Under the pieces are notes generated by a model. The model did not search any database and was not told the DNA's origin. It saw only the letters and a list, made by a program, of their open reading frames with translations. From Mobula hypostoma (taxonomy: Eukaryota): a DNA stretch of 64,000 nucleotides. The stretch is from contig NC_086097.1 of the NCBI RefSeq assembly GCF_963921235.1, forward strand, positions 215,390,001-215,454,000, read 5' to 3'. Position numbers and translations under genes: made by a program. Positions 1 to 13,210 of this stretch are shown here, piece by piece (the first letter of the stretch is position 1; every line of letters starts with the position of its first letter).

Positions 1-1944
1 TGGCCACATGCCCACACATTCATTCTAAAGGTAAGCCTGAAACAAAAGGAACTATTATATTCATGAAAGTCTAACTTTGTAGGTGGCTCAAGTAAAGGAT
101 CATGCAAGTCTGTTCTGGTTTTGTTGATGGGGCAGGAAATCTAGCCAGAATGGATTGTTAAGCATATTTTCAACAATTCAGTGTCTTCCTGCTGATTTGC
201 ATGCTTCAACACGTGACTGACTGGGAAATAAATGATGAAACTTTGAGCACCTCAAAGTTTGGTCGGACCAAAAACTCGATATAATGACATGGAAATGCCT
301 GAACAAAGTAGCCTTTGTTACCTTCATTATGAAAAGTTCTAAAAGAAAAAAATATGCAGCTTTTGCTCCACGTACCATGTGAAACCCAGCACAGTATTTA
401 AAATAAAAATATTTCATTTTTCCCCAGTAAAGCACAGAAGAGTGTAATTTTTTTTTACATTCTAATTCCTTTTCTTTAACTTTTGTCTGATCTTACATCG
501 GAAAGGGGAAAAAAATCTACATTGTCACAATGTTTTCATCGTAAGATAACAGATTTTGTCTGTTTTTTCTCCAAATGTGAGTATATAATGATCGCTGTCA
601 TGTGCTTCTGAAAGTTCATTAAGCAAATATTTAAGTTAACAACTGGAATGGACCTCAGGGCAGAATACTTGAGGTAGAACCTGGGATATTTGACCAAACA
701 TAAGTTCTTGCCTGATGGATAAACTGCAGCTAAAAGACTGGCCAAATGAATATTGTGAATCAGCAAGACTCCAATCCCGAATTATTTCCTTTCAGATAGA
801 ACTTCAATGTTATAGCATCTTCAAGAAGAATTGAGGTTCAGAAAGTTGGTGTGAGTTTCTGCCGGTTTGTCTAAAGGCTCTTTTAAATAAGGATCTCTCT
901 GCACTTTAGGCTAGCCAGATGGTGTTTGACTGTGATGCCACCCCAGCAGCTTGTTAGCTCCAATTCTTGAGACTTTACCCATTGAATGATAGCTACTTGA
1001 CAAACAATGGTGATATGCACGCTCTCACTAAACTGAGCAACAGCGAGGGGTCAATATTTCCATGAGTGGAGGGGAGTGGCAGAGGGGGGTAAAAATTGGC
1101 AGTGAAAATTGGTGTGAAATTTCTTCTTTTAACAAAGACAACTTGCAGGCAGTGGACCACAGTTGCAGAGTTTTACACCACTGAAAGGCAAAAGGCAAAT
1201 TTGTGTATGTGTTCTCTAGGTGAATTTATAATTGTAACTGGATTGCCTGCAGTCACATTTACGGAAAGCCACACAGGTTTTCTGAAAGAAGTTAGTGAAA
1301 ATGGTAGGTTTTTTTTATCCTGCATTTTTTGAAGTGTTGTCTGCTGTTGGTTACAGGGCAACATCCCACAGAGATTAGCTTGGCTGTCTTCTCTCAGCTG
1401 AGCTGCTTTAGGTATTAAAGAAGGGGTAAAAATACCGTAGGAAACATGCGGTGGACTACAACTGGAATAATCACATTCAGTTCAAACATTAATAAAATAC
1501 ACTGTCCTTCCGAATTATTTTAGGCATGTTTTTCCTTCAAGAGTCCTTTAGACTGAATACAGGAAACTGCTAAAGAGGCTGGAGTCAGAGGTCATTCAGA
1601 AATAGGGGGAATCTAGGAAATGATACTGCCGCTCCAATGCTCCCATTCTTCTTCAAACTTGCTAGAAATGCAGAGCTCTGAAAAAGATTCACTCCTGAAT
1701 AGAGTGACACTAGCGACCGATGGAACCACTACCACCCCAAAGGAAATAAGTGTATGGCTGGAAAATTACTTCACGTCACCATAACAACCAGCTGACATCT
1801 ACTCGACTACAATTCCCACTATGAGTGTTCCAGATTCTCAACACAACAGGGCGACATGCAATCCTGCCAGCAGAGGCCCTCATTGATTTTTTACATGGTC
1901 AAATCTAAATGGGAATCACTTTGCTCTGGCAAAGTGATGGGTGT

Positions 1945-2018
1945 TGTGTGCATGCGTGTGTGTGAGCATGCACATACATCTCCGTGTGTATGCGTGTGCG
2001 TGTGTGTGTGTGTGTGTG
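1945..2018. repeat. Imperfect (TG/CA)n microsatellite, alternating purine-pyrimidine tract
   Basis: tgtgtgcatgcgtgtgtgtg...gtgtgtatgcgtgtgcgtgtgtgtgtgtgtgtgtgg read directly. Confidence 0.9.
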
Positions 2019-3569
2019 GTGAGTGCAGTTTTGCTCACAAGCTGTTTTAAAATGAGGGTGTTAAGTATTTGGATATCCTCTGTTGTACACACAATATGAA
2101 GATCTCCTTCCAAACATTTCCAATGGTTGTTAAATCAGTCTATGGTATTAAACAACTAAGAATTTCTAATTGTTATGTGTAATAAGTAATAGATAACATT
2201 GTTCAAAGACAAATTATATTGTTATTCTGATTCCAAGGACTTCAAATGTTTGCAGTTTGGTAGCTGCAGGTAATTTAATCTACCATCATTTCTATCACAC
2301 ATTCGATATTCACTTTGCAAGTTTCATTTTTGCAGATATTCCAAAATTCTCATTTAAAAATAAACTAGTTAACCAATATAATCTTCAGAAGACTGAATGA
2401 TAGCTGTGGTCCCACTATATACATACATCTTGTGTCCATCTGGTCTCAGCAGCAAACAGTAATGGATAATTAACTTGGTGCCTTTGTCTTACTTTGCTAA
2501 ATTTCTGAAGCATTTTAATTTTCATAAAATAAATAAATTATTCTTCACTACTGACCAAAGCAGGCACAACAGACATATGTAGGACTTGTGAAGGAAACAC
2601 TAAGTGTTGCACATAAATGAGGACATTGAAAGGTGATTTTGGACAATAGAAACCTGAAACCTGCTGAGCATTGGCCACCCACTATGCATCAAAGTCCAGG
2701 TCAATAAGCATTACACAGCAAGCTCTTCAAATCAGTTCGCTGCTGCTGTGCCATTTCTGATAACGGTGATGACAAAGAAACAAAAATCAGAATCATTTCT
2801 TAGGTACACTTGTCCTTGGCCCAGGCCACTTTGCAATCTTGCCATATGCTAACTGCTTGGTATCCAAGAGTACTTGAATGTAATTTGCTGGTGTGAGATT
2901 AGCATTAAAGAGTTCAAACTATGATCAGGATGGCCCATCAATGCCCAATCTATAGAGGTACAATAAATACATACTTCAGGTTTTCTTCCTTATTGCAGTC
3001 ACTGCCCATGTATTGTTGTCTCTGAGATAGAAGCATGAATTTAAAATGCTCTCTAATATTTGAATACAGAAAACTTTTTAATACTTCATTATCATTGTGT
3101 CAAAGAGCTGCACTGGCGGACGTGCAGTTTGACTGATGAAATGCTCAAGCAGGAATAAAATTTGCCAGGAAAGATCCTTTTCAATGCCCTACCAACTGTC
3201 TCCTCTCAACAAAAACTGACCATCTGATTATTTACCCAATTTTGTGTTTGAATATATGCTTACCCAGATATTGACTGACACTTTTACCTACATCAGGAGT
3301 TCTTTAATCTGTGTTTCCCTTTCTTAATGTTGTATTTCTTTAAACTAAACTTGATGATATAGAGCAAATGTGCTAATATCAAAGAAAATTCATTATCAAA
3401 TACATATATGCCACCATATACAACCTCAAAATTCATTTTCTTCCAGGCATACTCAATACATCCAATAACCATAATGGAATCAATGAGAGACAGCACCAAC
3501 AGGGCAACAAAATGCACAAATACAGAAATAAAGAAATAATAATAATAAAATAATAATAATAACAACAAC

Positions 3570-4615
3570 CTAGAAAATGAAGAAATTATCACTGTTGCAA
3601 AAAAAGTTAAGCAATGGAAGAGCATGACCCTCCATGAAAGGCATCCCCACGATCTGAGCAGACTAGATGTCGACTAGGAGGCGTCGAAAGCCTGGCTCAG
3701 AGTTGAAGACATCTTCCCAGAAGCAGAAGCGTACCTTGTGGCAATACGGGACCAGGTGTTTAACACAACGGATTACCAAAAGTACATAATAAAAGACCAA
3801 AGAATTCAAGACAATAAATGCAGAAAAACGCCAAGAGACATCAGAAACAATCCAACACATTACAGGAACCTGCAGCAGTTTAATCAATCTGATTACTTAC
3901 ACAGGACAATCTAGTGGAAAATATCATTCACCAAAAATCTCACACAAAATGCTAGGGGAACTCAGCAGGCTACTCGATATATCAACTGCTTTCTCTTTTC
4001 CATAGATGTTGCCTGGCCTGCTGAGTTCCTCCAGCATTTTGTGTGTGTTGCTTGAATTTCCAGCATCTGCAGATTTTCTCATGTTCGTGATCATTCACCA
4101 AAATCTTGCTTTAAAATGCAAACTCATAAAAGAAAACATACCTTACTATAAACACAAGCGTGATCCAGTTTTAGAGTCAGAATCCCACAAATTATATTAT
4201 GACCAATCAGTTATTACATATAGGACAATCCATAATAATGGTCTGGATATAATTATGCAGAATAAACAAGCAAGAACAACTCAATAGATATAACCATTCC
4301 AAACACACATAACATACAGAAATCAAGAAGTGAAAAACACCAGAATTATGCTGAACTAAAAGAGACAGTTGAAAGACGATGAAACATGTACAGGATATAT
4401 ATTGTCTCAATAGTATTATCTACAACTGGTACCATCCCAAAGACACTACACAACAGCATTAAACAATTAGGGCTACACAGCAATATCAATGTAAATCTTC
4501 ACAATATTCAACACATCAGAATGGTCTGAAATTTCTTAGCACTTGAGAAATGAGTGTGCTTACTATGCCCCGACCTCAGGTTTCACCAGCTTGAGCTGAG
4601 AAAAAGTAAAAAAAA
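3570..4615 (+). mobile_element. 5'-truncated, frameshifted R4/Dong-like non-LTR retrotransposon (restriction-like endonuclease type), 3' end
   Basis: Joining + frames gives a CCHC knuckle relic (KCRK..ETIQHITGTC), then IIHQNLA...KLYYDQSVITYRTIHNNGLDII...(I)DITIP, matching the RLE PD-(D/E)xK region. It is preceded by a (TAA)n/(CAA)n tract at 3536-3570 and ends in an A-rich tail. Confidence 0.7.
3941..4089. mobile_element. Short Penelope-derived terminal-repeat insert (inverted head plus direct tail) nested in the R4-like element
   Basis: Contains gatgttgcctggcctgctgagttcctccagcattttgtgtg preceded by a partial reverse complement. Flanked by ATCATTCACCAAAA(A)TCT at 3923-3940 and 4090-4106. Confidence 0.8.
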
Positions 4616-4619
4616 ATAA

Positions 4620-6153
4620 CAGAACCATAGAACCATAGAAACTACAGCACAGAAACAGGCCTTTTGGCCCTTCTTGGCTGTGCCGAACCATTTTCTGCCT
4701 AGTCCCACTGACCTGCACACGGACCATATCCCTCCATACACCTCCCATCCATGTATCTGTCCAATTTATTCTTAAATGTTAAAAAAGAGCCCACATTTAC
4801 CACCTTGTCTGGCAGCTCATTCCATACTCCCACCACTCTCTGTGTGAAGAAACCCCCACTAATGTTCCCTTTAAACTTTTCCCCCCTCACCCTTAACCCA
4901 TGTCCTCTGGTTTTTTTCTCCCCTTGCCTCAGTGGAAAAAGCCTGCTTGCATTCACTCTATCTATACCCATCATAATTTTATATACCTCTATCAAATCTC
5001 CCCTCATTCTTCTACGCTTCAGGGAATAAAGTCCTAACCTATTCAACCTTTCTCTGTAACTGAGTTTCTCAAGTCCCGGCAACATCCTTGTAAACCTTCT
5101 CTGCACTCTTTCAACCTTATTTATATCCTTCCTGTAATTTGGTGACCAAAACTGAACACAATACTCCAGGTTCGGCCTCACCAATGCCTTATACAACCTC
5201 ATCATAACATTCCAGCTCTTATACTCAATACTTAGATTAATAAAGGCCAATGTACCAAAAGCTCTCTTTACGACCCTATCTACCTGTGACGCCACTTTTA
5301 GGGAATTGTGTATCTGTATTCCCAGATCCCTCTGTTCCACTGCACTCCTCAGTGCCTTACCATTAACCCTGTACGTTCTACCTTGGTTTGTCCTTCCAAC
5401 ATGCAATACCTCACACTTGTCAGTATTAAACTCCATCTGCCATTTTTCAGCCCATTTTTCCAGCTGATCCAAGTCCCTCTGCAGGCTCTGAAAACCTTCC
5501 TCACTGTCTACTAAACCTCCAATTTTTGTATCATCAGCAAATTTGCTGATCCAATTTACCACATTATCATCCAGATCATTGATATAGATGACAAATAAGA
5601 ATGGACCCAGCACTGATCCCTGTGGCACACCACTAGTCACAGGCCTCCACTCAGAGAAGCAATTCTCTACTACCACTGTTTGGCTTCTTCCATTGAGCCA
5701 ATGTCTAATCCAATTTACCACCTCTCCATGTATACCTAGCCACTGAATTTTCCTAACTAACCTCCCATGCAGGACCTTGTCAAAGGCCTTACTGAAGTCC
5801 ATGTGGACAATATCCACCGCCTTCCCTTCATCCACTTTCCTGGTAACCTCCTCGAAAAACTCCAATAGATTGGTCAAACATGACCTACCACGCACAAAGC
5901 CATGCTGACTCTCCCTAATAAGCCCCTGTCTATCCAAATGCTTGTAGATTCTGTCTCTTAGTACTCCCTCCAATAACTTACCTACTACCGACATTAAACT
6001 TACTGGCCTATAATTTCCCAGATTACTTTTCGATCCTTTTTTAAACAATGGAACAACATGAGCCACTCTCCAATCCTCCGGCACCTCACCTGTAGACAGT
6101 GACATTTTAAATATTTCTGCCAGGGCCCCTGCAATTTCAACACCAGTCTCCTT
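4620..6153 (-). mobile_element. CR1 LINE, 5'-truncated, with an uninterrupted RT/C-terminal ORF2 segment (young copy)
   Basis: ORF 4699..6399 carries NYRPVSL, DFSKAFDKV, GVPQGSVLGP, FADDTK and RPNLEYCVQFWSP. The 3' tail is an octamer-like repeat (agaaccat)n at 4621-4640. Confidence 0.95.
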
Positions 6154-6477
6154 GTTACTAAGTAAGTAAGTAAGAGTGCTTGAAAGTGAGTCAATAGGTT
6201 GTGGGAAGAGTTCAGTGACGGGGCAAGTGAAGTTGAGTGAATTTATCCCACCTGGTTCAGGAGCCTGATGGTTGAGGGTAATAACTGTTCCTGAAGCTGG
6301 TGCTGTGATTCCAGAGGCTCCTGTACCTTCTTCCTGATGGCAGCATGACCTGGGTGCTGGGGGTACCTGATGACAGATGCTGTTTTCCTGCAACAACACT
6401 CCATGTAGATGTGCTCAGTATAGGGAGGGCTTTACCCGTGATGGACTGGGCCATATCCAACTTCTTTTGTAGGATTG

Positions 6478-6549
6478 GTCTGTTGCCTCCCTGGTGCCAG
6501 GGTCCGCGATATCGCGGATCAAGTTCTCAGTATTCTCAAGAGGGAGGGT
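6478..6549 (+). mobile_element. CR1 ORF1 (SGNH esterase-like) fragment
   Basis: Translates as VCCLPGARVRDIADQVLSILKREG, typical of the CR1 ORF1 esterase domain. Confidence 0.7.
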
Positions 6550-7202
6550 TCAAGAGGGAGGCCCACCAGCACCTTTACTTCCTGAGAAAACTAAAGAAAT
6601 TTGGCCTGTCCCCTAAAACCCTCACTAATTTTCATAGATGCACCGTAGAAAGCATTCTTCTAGGGTGCATCACAACCTGGTATGGAAGTTGTCCTGTCCA
6701 AGACCGAAAGAAGCTGCAGAAGATCGTGAACACAGTGCAGTACATCACACAAACCAATCTTCCGTCCATGGACTCACTTTACACTGCACGCTGTCGGAGC
6801 AGTGCTGCTGGGATAATCAAGGACACGACCCATCCAGCCAACACACTTTTCATCCCTCTTCCCTCCGGGAGAAGGCTCAGGAGCTTGAAGACTCGTATGG
6901 CCAGATTTGGGAACAGCTTCTTTCCAACTGCTGAACGGATCCTGACCCGGATCTGGGCCATACCCTCCAAATATCCGGACCTGCCTCTCGTTTTTTTTTG
7001 CACTACCTTACTTTCCATTTTTCTATTTTCTATTCATGATTTATAAATTAACTTTTTATTATTTACTAATTTAAAATTTTTTAAATATTTTTAATGTTTA
7101 ATATTTGTAATCCAGGCAGCGGGAAGCGCAGAATCAAATATCGCTGTGATGATTGTACGTTCTCGTATCAATTGTTTGGCGACAATAAAGTATAAAGTAT
7201 AA
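6550..7202 (+). mobile_element. Rex1/Babar-like LINE 3' end (family A)
   Basis: AHQHLYFLRKLKKFGLSPKTLTNFHRCTVESILLGCITTWYG...PSGRRLRSLKTR..RFGNSFFP, with an AATAAA and (TAAAGTA)n tail. Same family as 24669-26256. Confidence 0.85.
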
Positions 7203-9232
7203 TTTGTCCCAGTGAGGAAGATAAAGAATGGTAGGGTAAAGGAACCATGGTGACAAGTGAAGTAGAAAATCTAGTTAGGTGGAAGAAGGTAGCACACATG
7301 AGGTTTAGGAAGCAAGGATCAGATAGGTCTATTGAGGAATATAGGGAAGCAAGAAAGGAGCTTAAGAAGGGGCTGAGGAGAGCAAGAAGGAATAATGAGA
7401 AGGCCTTGGCAAGTAGGATAAAGGAAAACCCCAAGGCATTCTTCAATTATGTGAAGAACAAAAAGATGGCAGGAGTAAAGGTAGGACTGATTAGAGATAA
7501 AGGTGAGAAGATGTGCCTGGAGGCTGTGGAAGTGAGTGAGGTCCTCAATGAATACTTCTCTTTGGTATTCACCGATGAGAGGAAACTTGATAACTGTGAG
7601 GACAATATGAGCGAGGCTGTTGTTCTGGAGCATGTTGATAACTAAGCGAGAGGAGGTGTTGGAGTTGTTAAAATACATTAGGATGGATAAGTCCCCGGGG
7701 CTGACAGAATATTCCCCAGGCTGCTCCACAAGGCGAGGGAAGAGATTGTTGAGCCTCTGGCTAGGATTTTCATGTCCTCGTTGTCCACAGGAATGGTACC
7801 GGAGGATTGGAGGGAGGCGAATGTTGTCCCCTTGTTCAAAAAAAGGTAGTAGGGATAGTCTGGGTAATTATAGACTAGTGAGCCTTACGTCTGTGGTGGG
7901 AAAGCTGTTGGAAAAGATTCTTAGAGATAGGATCTATAGGCATTTAGAGAATCATGGTCTGATCAGGGACAGTCAGCAAGGCTATGTGAAGGGCAGATCT
8001 TGTCTAACAAGCCTGATAGAGTTATTTGAGGAGGTGACCAGGCACATAGATGAGGGTAGCATAGTGGATGTGATCTACATGGATTTTAGTAAGGCATTTG
8101 GCAAGGTTCCACACGGTAGGCTTATTCAGAAAGTTAGAAGGCATGGGATCCAGGGAAGTTTGGCCAGGTGGATTCAGAATTGGCTTGCCTGCAGAAGGCA
8201 GAGGGTCGTGGTGGAGGGAGTACATTCGGACTGGAGGGTTGTGACTAGTGGTGTCCCACAAGGATCGGATCTGGGACCTCTACTTCTAGTGATTTTTATT
8301 AACGACCTGGATGTGGGGGTAGAAGGGTGGGTTGGCAAGTTTGCAGACAACACAAAAGTTGGTGGTGTTGTGGATAGTGTGGAGGATTGTCAAAGATTGC
8401 AGAGAGATATTGAGAGGATGCAGAAGTGGGCTGAGAAGTGGCAGATAGTTCGACCCAGAGAAGTGTGAGGTGGTACACTTTCGAAGGACAAACTCCAAGG
8501 CAGAGTACAAAGTGAATGGCAGGATACTAGGTAGTGTGAAGGAGCAGAGGGATCTGGGGCTACATGTCCACAGATCCCTGAAAGTTGCTTCACATGTAGT
8601 TAGGGTAGTTAAGAAAACTTGTGGGATGTTAGCTTTCATAAGTCAAGGGATAGATTTTAAGAGTCACGAGGTAATAATGCAGCTCTATAAAACTCTAGTT
8701 AGGCCACACTTGGAGTACTATGTCCAGTTCTGGTTGCCTTACTATAGGAAGGATGTGGAAGCATTGGAAAGGGTACAGAGGAGATTTACCAGGATGCTGC
8801 CTGGTTTAGAGAGTATGCATTATGATCAGAGATTAAGGGAGCTAGGGCTTTACTCTTTGGAGAGAAGGAGGATGAGAGGAGACATGATAGAGGTATACAA
8901 GATATTAAGAGGAATAGATAGAGTGGACAGCCAGCGCCTCTTCCCCAGGGCACCACTGCTCAATACAAGAGGGCATAGCTTTAAGGTAAGGGGTGGGAAG
9001 TTCAAGGGGGATATTAGAAGAAAGTTTTTTACTCAGAGAGTGGTTGTTGTGTGGAATGCACTGCCTGAGTCAGTGGTGGAGGCAGATACACTAGTGAAAT
9101 TTAAGAGACTACTAGACAGGTATATGGAGGAATTTAAGGTGGGCGGTTATATGGGAGGCAGGGTTTAAGGGTCAGCACAGCATTGTGGGCCAAAGGCCCT
9201 GTACTGTGCTGTACTATTCTATGTTCTATGTC
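7203..9232 (+). mobile_element. CR1 LINE ORF2 (linker, RT, C-terminus) and 3' UTR, frameshifted
   Basis: ORFs 7247-7645, 7620-8468 and 8470-9168 join into one CR1 ORF2 (IKENPKAFF, DKSPG, GVPQGS, FADNTK, RPHLEY). Tail ttctatgttctatgt. Confidence 0.95.
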
Positions 9233-12200
9233 CTATTCTCCGTTCAAGGGGATTAGTTTTTCTATAGCAGGCTGTGATGCAGCCAGTCAATATACTCTCC
9301 ACAACACACCTATAGAAGTTTGTCAAATTTGTAGATGTCATGATGAATCTTTGCAAGCTCCTAAGGAAGTAGAGGTGCTGCCATGCTTTCTACATAATTG
9401 CACTTATGTGCTGGGTCCAAGACAGGTGCTCTGAGGAATTTAAAGTTGCCAGCTCTCTCCACCTCTGATCTCCCAATGCAAACTGGCTCATGGACCTCCA
9501 GTTTTCCTCCTCTTGGTCAAAAATCAGTTCCTTAGTCTTACTGAATTGAGTAAGATATTGTTGGTGTGGCACCACTCAGCCAGATTTTCATCCCTCCTAT
9601 ATGCTAATTCATCACCTTTGCATTGGAGCTGTGCTTAGCCTCACAATCATGAGTATAAAATGAGTAGAGCAGGGGCTAAGCACACAGCCTTGTGGTGCAC
9701 TTGTGCTGATGGAGATTGTGGAGGAGATGTTGTTGCCAATCTGAACTGACTGGTGTCTGCAAGCGGGGAAATAGAGGACCTGATTGATCTTTGATCATTT
9801 CTCTGATCAGAGAATTTCTCCGATTCTGATATTGCATAATTCATTAATATGAATGAGAATTTTTCTCACCAAGTCAAAACCTCAGATTTGCCAGAGATTT
9901 AGAAAAATGTTTGCGAGGTATCATGTTTTACCTTATTTCAATGTGGAGTTTCCAACTGCCATACTGGTTATGTTCTATCAAGACAATCTCAGACAATTTG
10001 TCTATCAGATATTTTGCGTGCTGGCTTTGCTTCAAGCATTTTTGCACAATCTTGCATCAATGTGTTTTCTGAAAGGAATGACACTTGGGTTTTTTTTTAG
10101 AGAATGAAACAGGAAAAATGAAGGGTGTTATCCAGGAGTAGATTGTCACAGGCAGGTGGCTTCATTAATGGCATATCACCACGGCAACACCCTTGTCATC
10201 CTACCAGAAACTGCTGCACTCCAGACTCACTTGTACATCTCTAATGAAACTTATGCATCAGAAGTGCATGAAATGACATCATTCCCTGTGCACCACTTCA
10301 TCAATTGGACACTCCCAAGAAAGACATATTTTAATGAGACTACTCTGAGCTGAGACCTCACTTAAGTAATTCTTATTATCCTATCTGCCTTGGATTCCCT
10401 TGATGCAACCCATCAATCCATCAAACTTATCCCTGACTTCTCAATCACAAATGCCCTTGACCTTTAATTCACCAAAAGCACAACTCTCTTATCCCTGATA
10501 ATCCCAATACCCTAATCTTTCTAATCCTCAATTGAAACAATAATCTCCTCCTCCTACCACACATCTAACGTGATGCTTAACTTCACCCAACCAGTTCCAG
10601 GTAGTGTCGCACACAAAAGGATACATGTAATAGCTATTGGGTTATTCAACTATCCCATAACAATTTATTAAGGAGCTCAACAATTTCCAGGTTATTCTTC
10701 AACAGATGAAATGCTATGAAATAAATTATTAATCCACTATAACAAATCCCATTATTGAAATTATACTGTAGAATTAATATTTAATTGATAAAGTTAGTCT
10801 TTGTTTAATCAAAAAAAAATCCATGACTAGTGATTTGCTCTACCATTTTCATTTAGTTAAATCCAAAGGAGCGTTAGATTTTTGCTTGGGACTAAGAGCA
10901 AAGAAACCTGGTGTTTACTTATTCTTAATAATGTCGCTCAGCAAGAATTAGGCTTCCATTTTGCTGGGAAGATGTCCAAAAGAAAATATTGAAGGGCAAT
11001 GGAATAGAACTATGGAAAGGAAGACAACTGTTTCAACAGGTTTACACAGGAATGATGGGCTGAATGGCTTCCACCCATCCTGTCCATTATTGGTTGCAGG
11101 AAATAAATGCATGGTATGGCAGCAGCTGTGCGAACCACACTTGCAGGTATCGATTCCATTGAAAACATGTTGCCTACGTGACAAAAGCAACTGCAGTTCC
11201 AAAGTCAGTGGTTGTGAAGCACGTTTGACAGGCATCCATGGATGTGGAAAGTGTTGCAAAAGTGGATGTTTGTTCTTGTTTCTCATACCTGCGTCCTTAC
11301 TCAGCAAAAGCAAAAGAATAAAACTGGGTGAAGAATGTTAAGTGCATTGCCATTAGCCAGTACTTTACAAGGGCCCTTAGAACAACTTGAAATGTTGTAG
11401 AGATCAATCAGTTATTTTTGTGAATGTTTTATAGCAACAAAGAAAAAGGCTGAAAAGCTAATGTAAGGCAACAATAATTAGCAAATATTTTGTAGTATTT
11501 GACTGTGTATTGAAATTTGAAAAGGCAACTTTGTCAACTGAATTGTAGTATTGGCTCAGCATACAATAATTGCTGACATGTTAATTTTAAATGTATGGAT
11601 TTGACAGGCAGATCACTAGGAAACAATGGTTCAGAAGCTCTTAAATATTAATTGATTACACTTTAACTGATTTATTTTGGTGTCAATAGTTCATGTTTAG
11701 AGCAGGCTGTTCATGGAATTTTTGCGCACAAATCCATTGTTACTTCACCTTTTTCTCTCTTATAGTTCTGGTTGCAGTTGGCTTTTTTGGGCATGTGCGT
11801 ACCTTTGGGCTTATTTCCTCTTCTGTTTAACTGATTGATGCGTATTATACCATGTTGATAGTCATAGTAAGCAATCAGTTTGCTTATCTGTGGTGGCAGG
11901 TTTTGCAGCTTTGTCTCTTTTTACTCCATCACGCTGCTGACCGCATGCTTGTTCCCTATCCCTGTAATAGAGGGGGCCCCTGCCATAATAGGTCTCAGCT
12001 GGGATATATGATCAACCATCCTGATGTGAGGAGAGTTATCACAATTACGTGTCTGTCCCCAAGCACTTCGATTTCCCTAATGCTTTAGCTGGATGACGAG
12101 CACCCTGACAGCCTAAGAATTAATGCATTCCAACTAGATTAATTTCTAATCTTCACGTCACACCATTGTGAACTGAGATATATTTATTTCAGAATTAACT

Positions 12201-12739
12201 TCCAATTTATTTTTGTCCTTTTGAACTAGAGAAAATGTAAAGCGTGTTTTATATATAAGCACCCACAATAATACTACATCTTTGTCAGCCGGCAGTCTTT
12301 GTATGTTGGTGTTTATTGGTGACTACGAACAGGGAAAATCCTGTTTATGTGTTTCTGCCAGTAGGAAATTATGTAACAATAGATCTGACTTGAAAAGCTT
12401 CTTTTATTGTGCTGTTTTACCCTTTTTATATGAACTTTGCTCATCAAGGTGAGGGGTACTCAATCAACAGAATAAACATTCTCTATTTTGGGTTAACAAA
12501 GTCAGCATCAATCACCTCCAGGTCAGCTGAAGGAGAGACCAATAGACAGAAAAGACATGCATCTTACCTCTTTTCTCAGAAACATCGCTGAGTGTTTCAA
12601 ACGTCATTAGTTATTCTTTGTAGTGGAGTTGATGTTGTTATTGACTAAAACTGCTGCTGCTTTTTCTCAAGAAAATGACTAAGCCAGGCACAGAAAACAT
12701 ATCCTGCTACACATGCGCAGTCATTTCAGATTTCTTCCA

Positions 12740-13210
12740 TCAGTAAGTCCTTGGTCATCTGCATCACCAACAGGTATGGAAGTGTGAATACACAAGATCA
12801 TAAAAAAACTGCAGAGGGTTGCAAACTCAGCCAGTTCCATCTTGGGCACCAGGCTTCCCAGCATTGAGGGCATCTTCAATAGGCAATGCCCTTAGAAGGT
12901 GGCATCCATCGTTAAGGACCCTCACCATCCAGAACATGCCCTCTTCTCATTGCTACCTTTTGGGAAGAGATACAGGAGCCTGAAGACAGCACTCTGTGTT
13001 TTAGGAACAGCTTTTTTGCCTCTGCCATCTGATTTTTGAATGAATCATGAACCCATGAATATTACCTTACCTTTTGCTCTTTTTCTGCACTACATAATTT
13101 TTTTATATTTCTTTTTGTAACTTAAAGTAATTTTTATGCATTGCACGGTACTGCTGTCACAAAACAACAAATATCATAACATATGTCAGTGATAATAAGC
13201 CTGATTCTAA
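12740..13210 (+). mobile_element. Degraded Rex1/Babar-like LINE 3' relic
   Basis: tgcatcacc..ggtatgga...aaactgcagagggttg...aggagcctgaagac...aggaacagc, ending in aataagcctgattct. Resembles family A at 6550-7202. Confidence 0.7.

Larger units (their letters stand above)
6155..9790 (-). mobile_element. Old Rex1/Babar-like LINE relic split into 6155-6477 and ~9235-9790 by a CR1/Rex composite
   Basis: Sequence ending ...ttttgtaggatt at 6477 resumes as (t)tctccgttcaaggg at ~9236. The RT motif region cagccttgtggtgcac (GAPQG on the minus strand) is at ~9686. Confidence 0.65.

Noticed and set aside
6153..6399. Novel N-terminal extension on the 566-aa RT ORF (4699..6399)
   Set aside because: It is chance read-through from the adjacent Rex relic into a 5'-truncated CR1, not a fused gene.
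10330..10570. Strongly C-rich, G-poor strand-skewed segment
   Set aside because: Probably an old repeat relic or low-complexity DNA, with no periodicity or termini found.
10948..11341. Overlapping 121-aa and 126-aa Cys-rich ORFs
   Set aside because: No recognisable domain or convincing splice signals, and lengths are compatible with chance.
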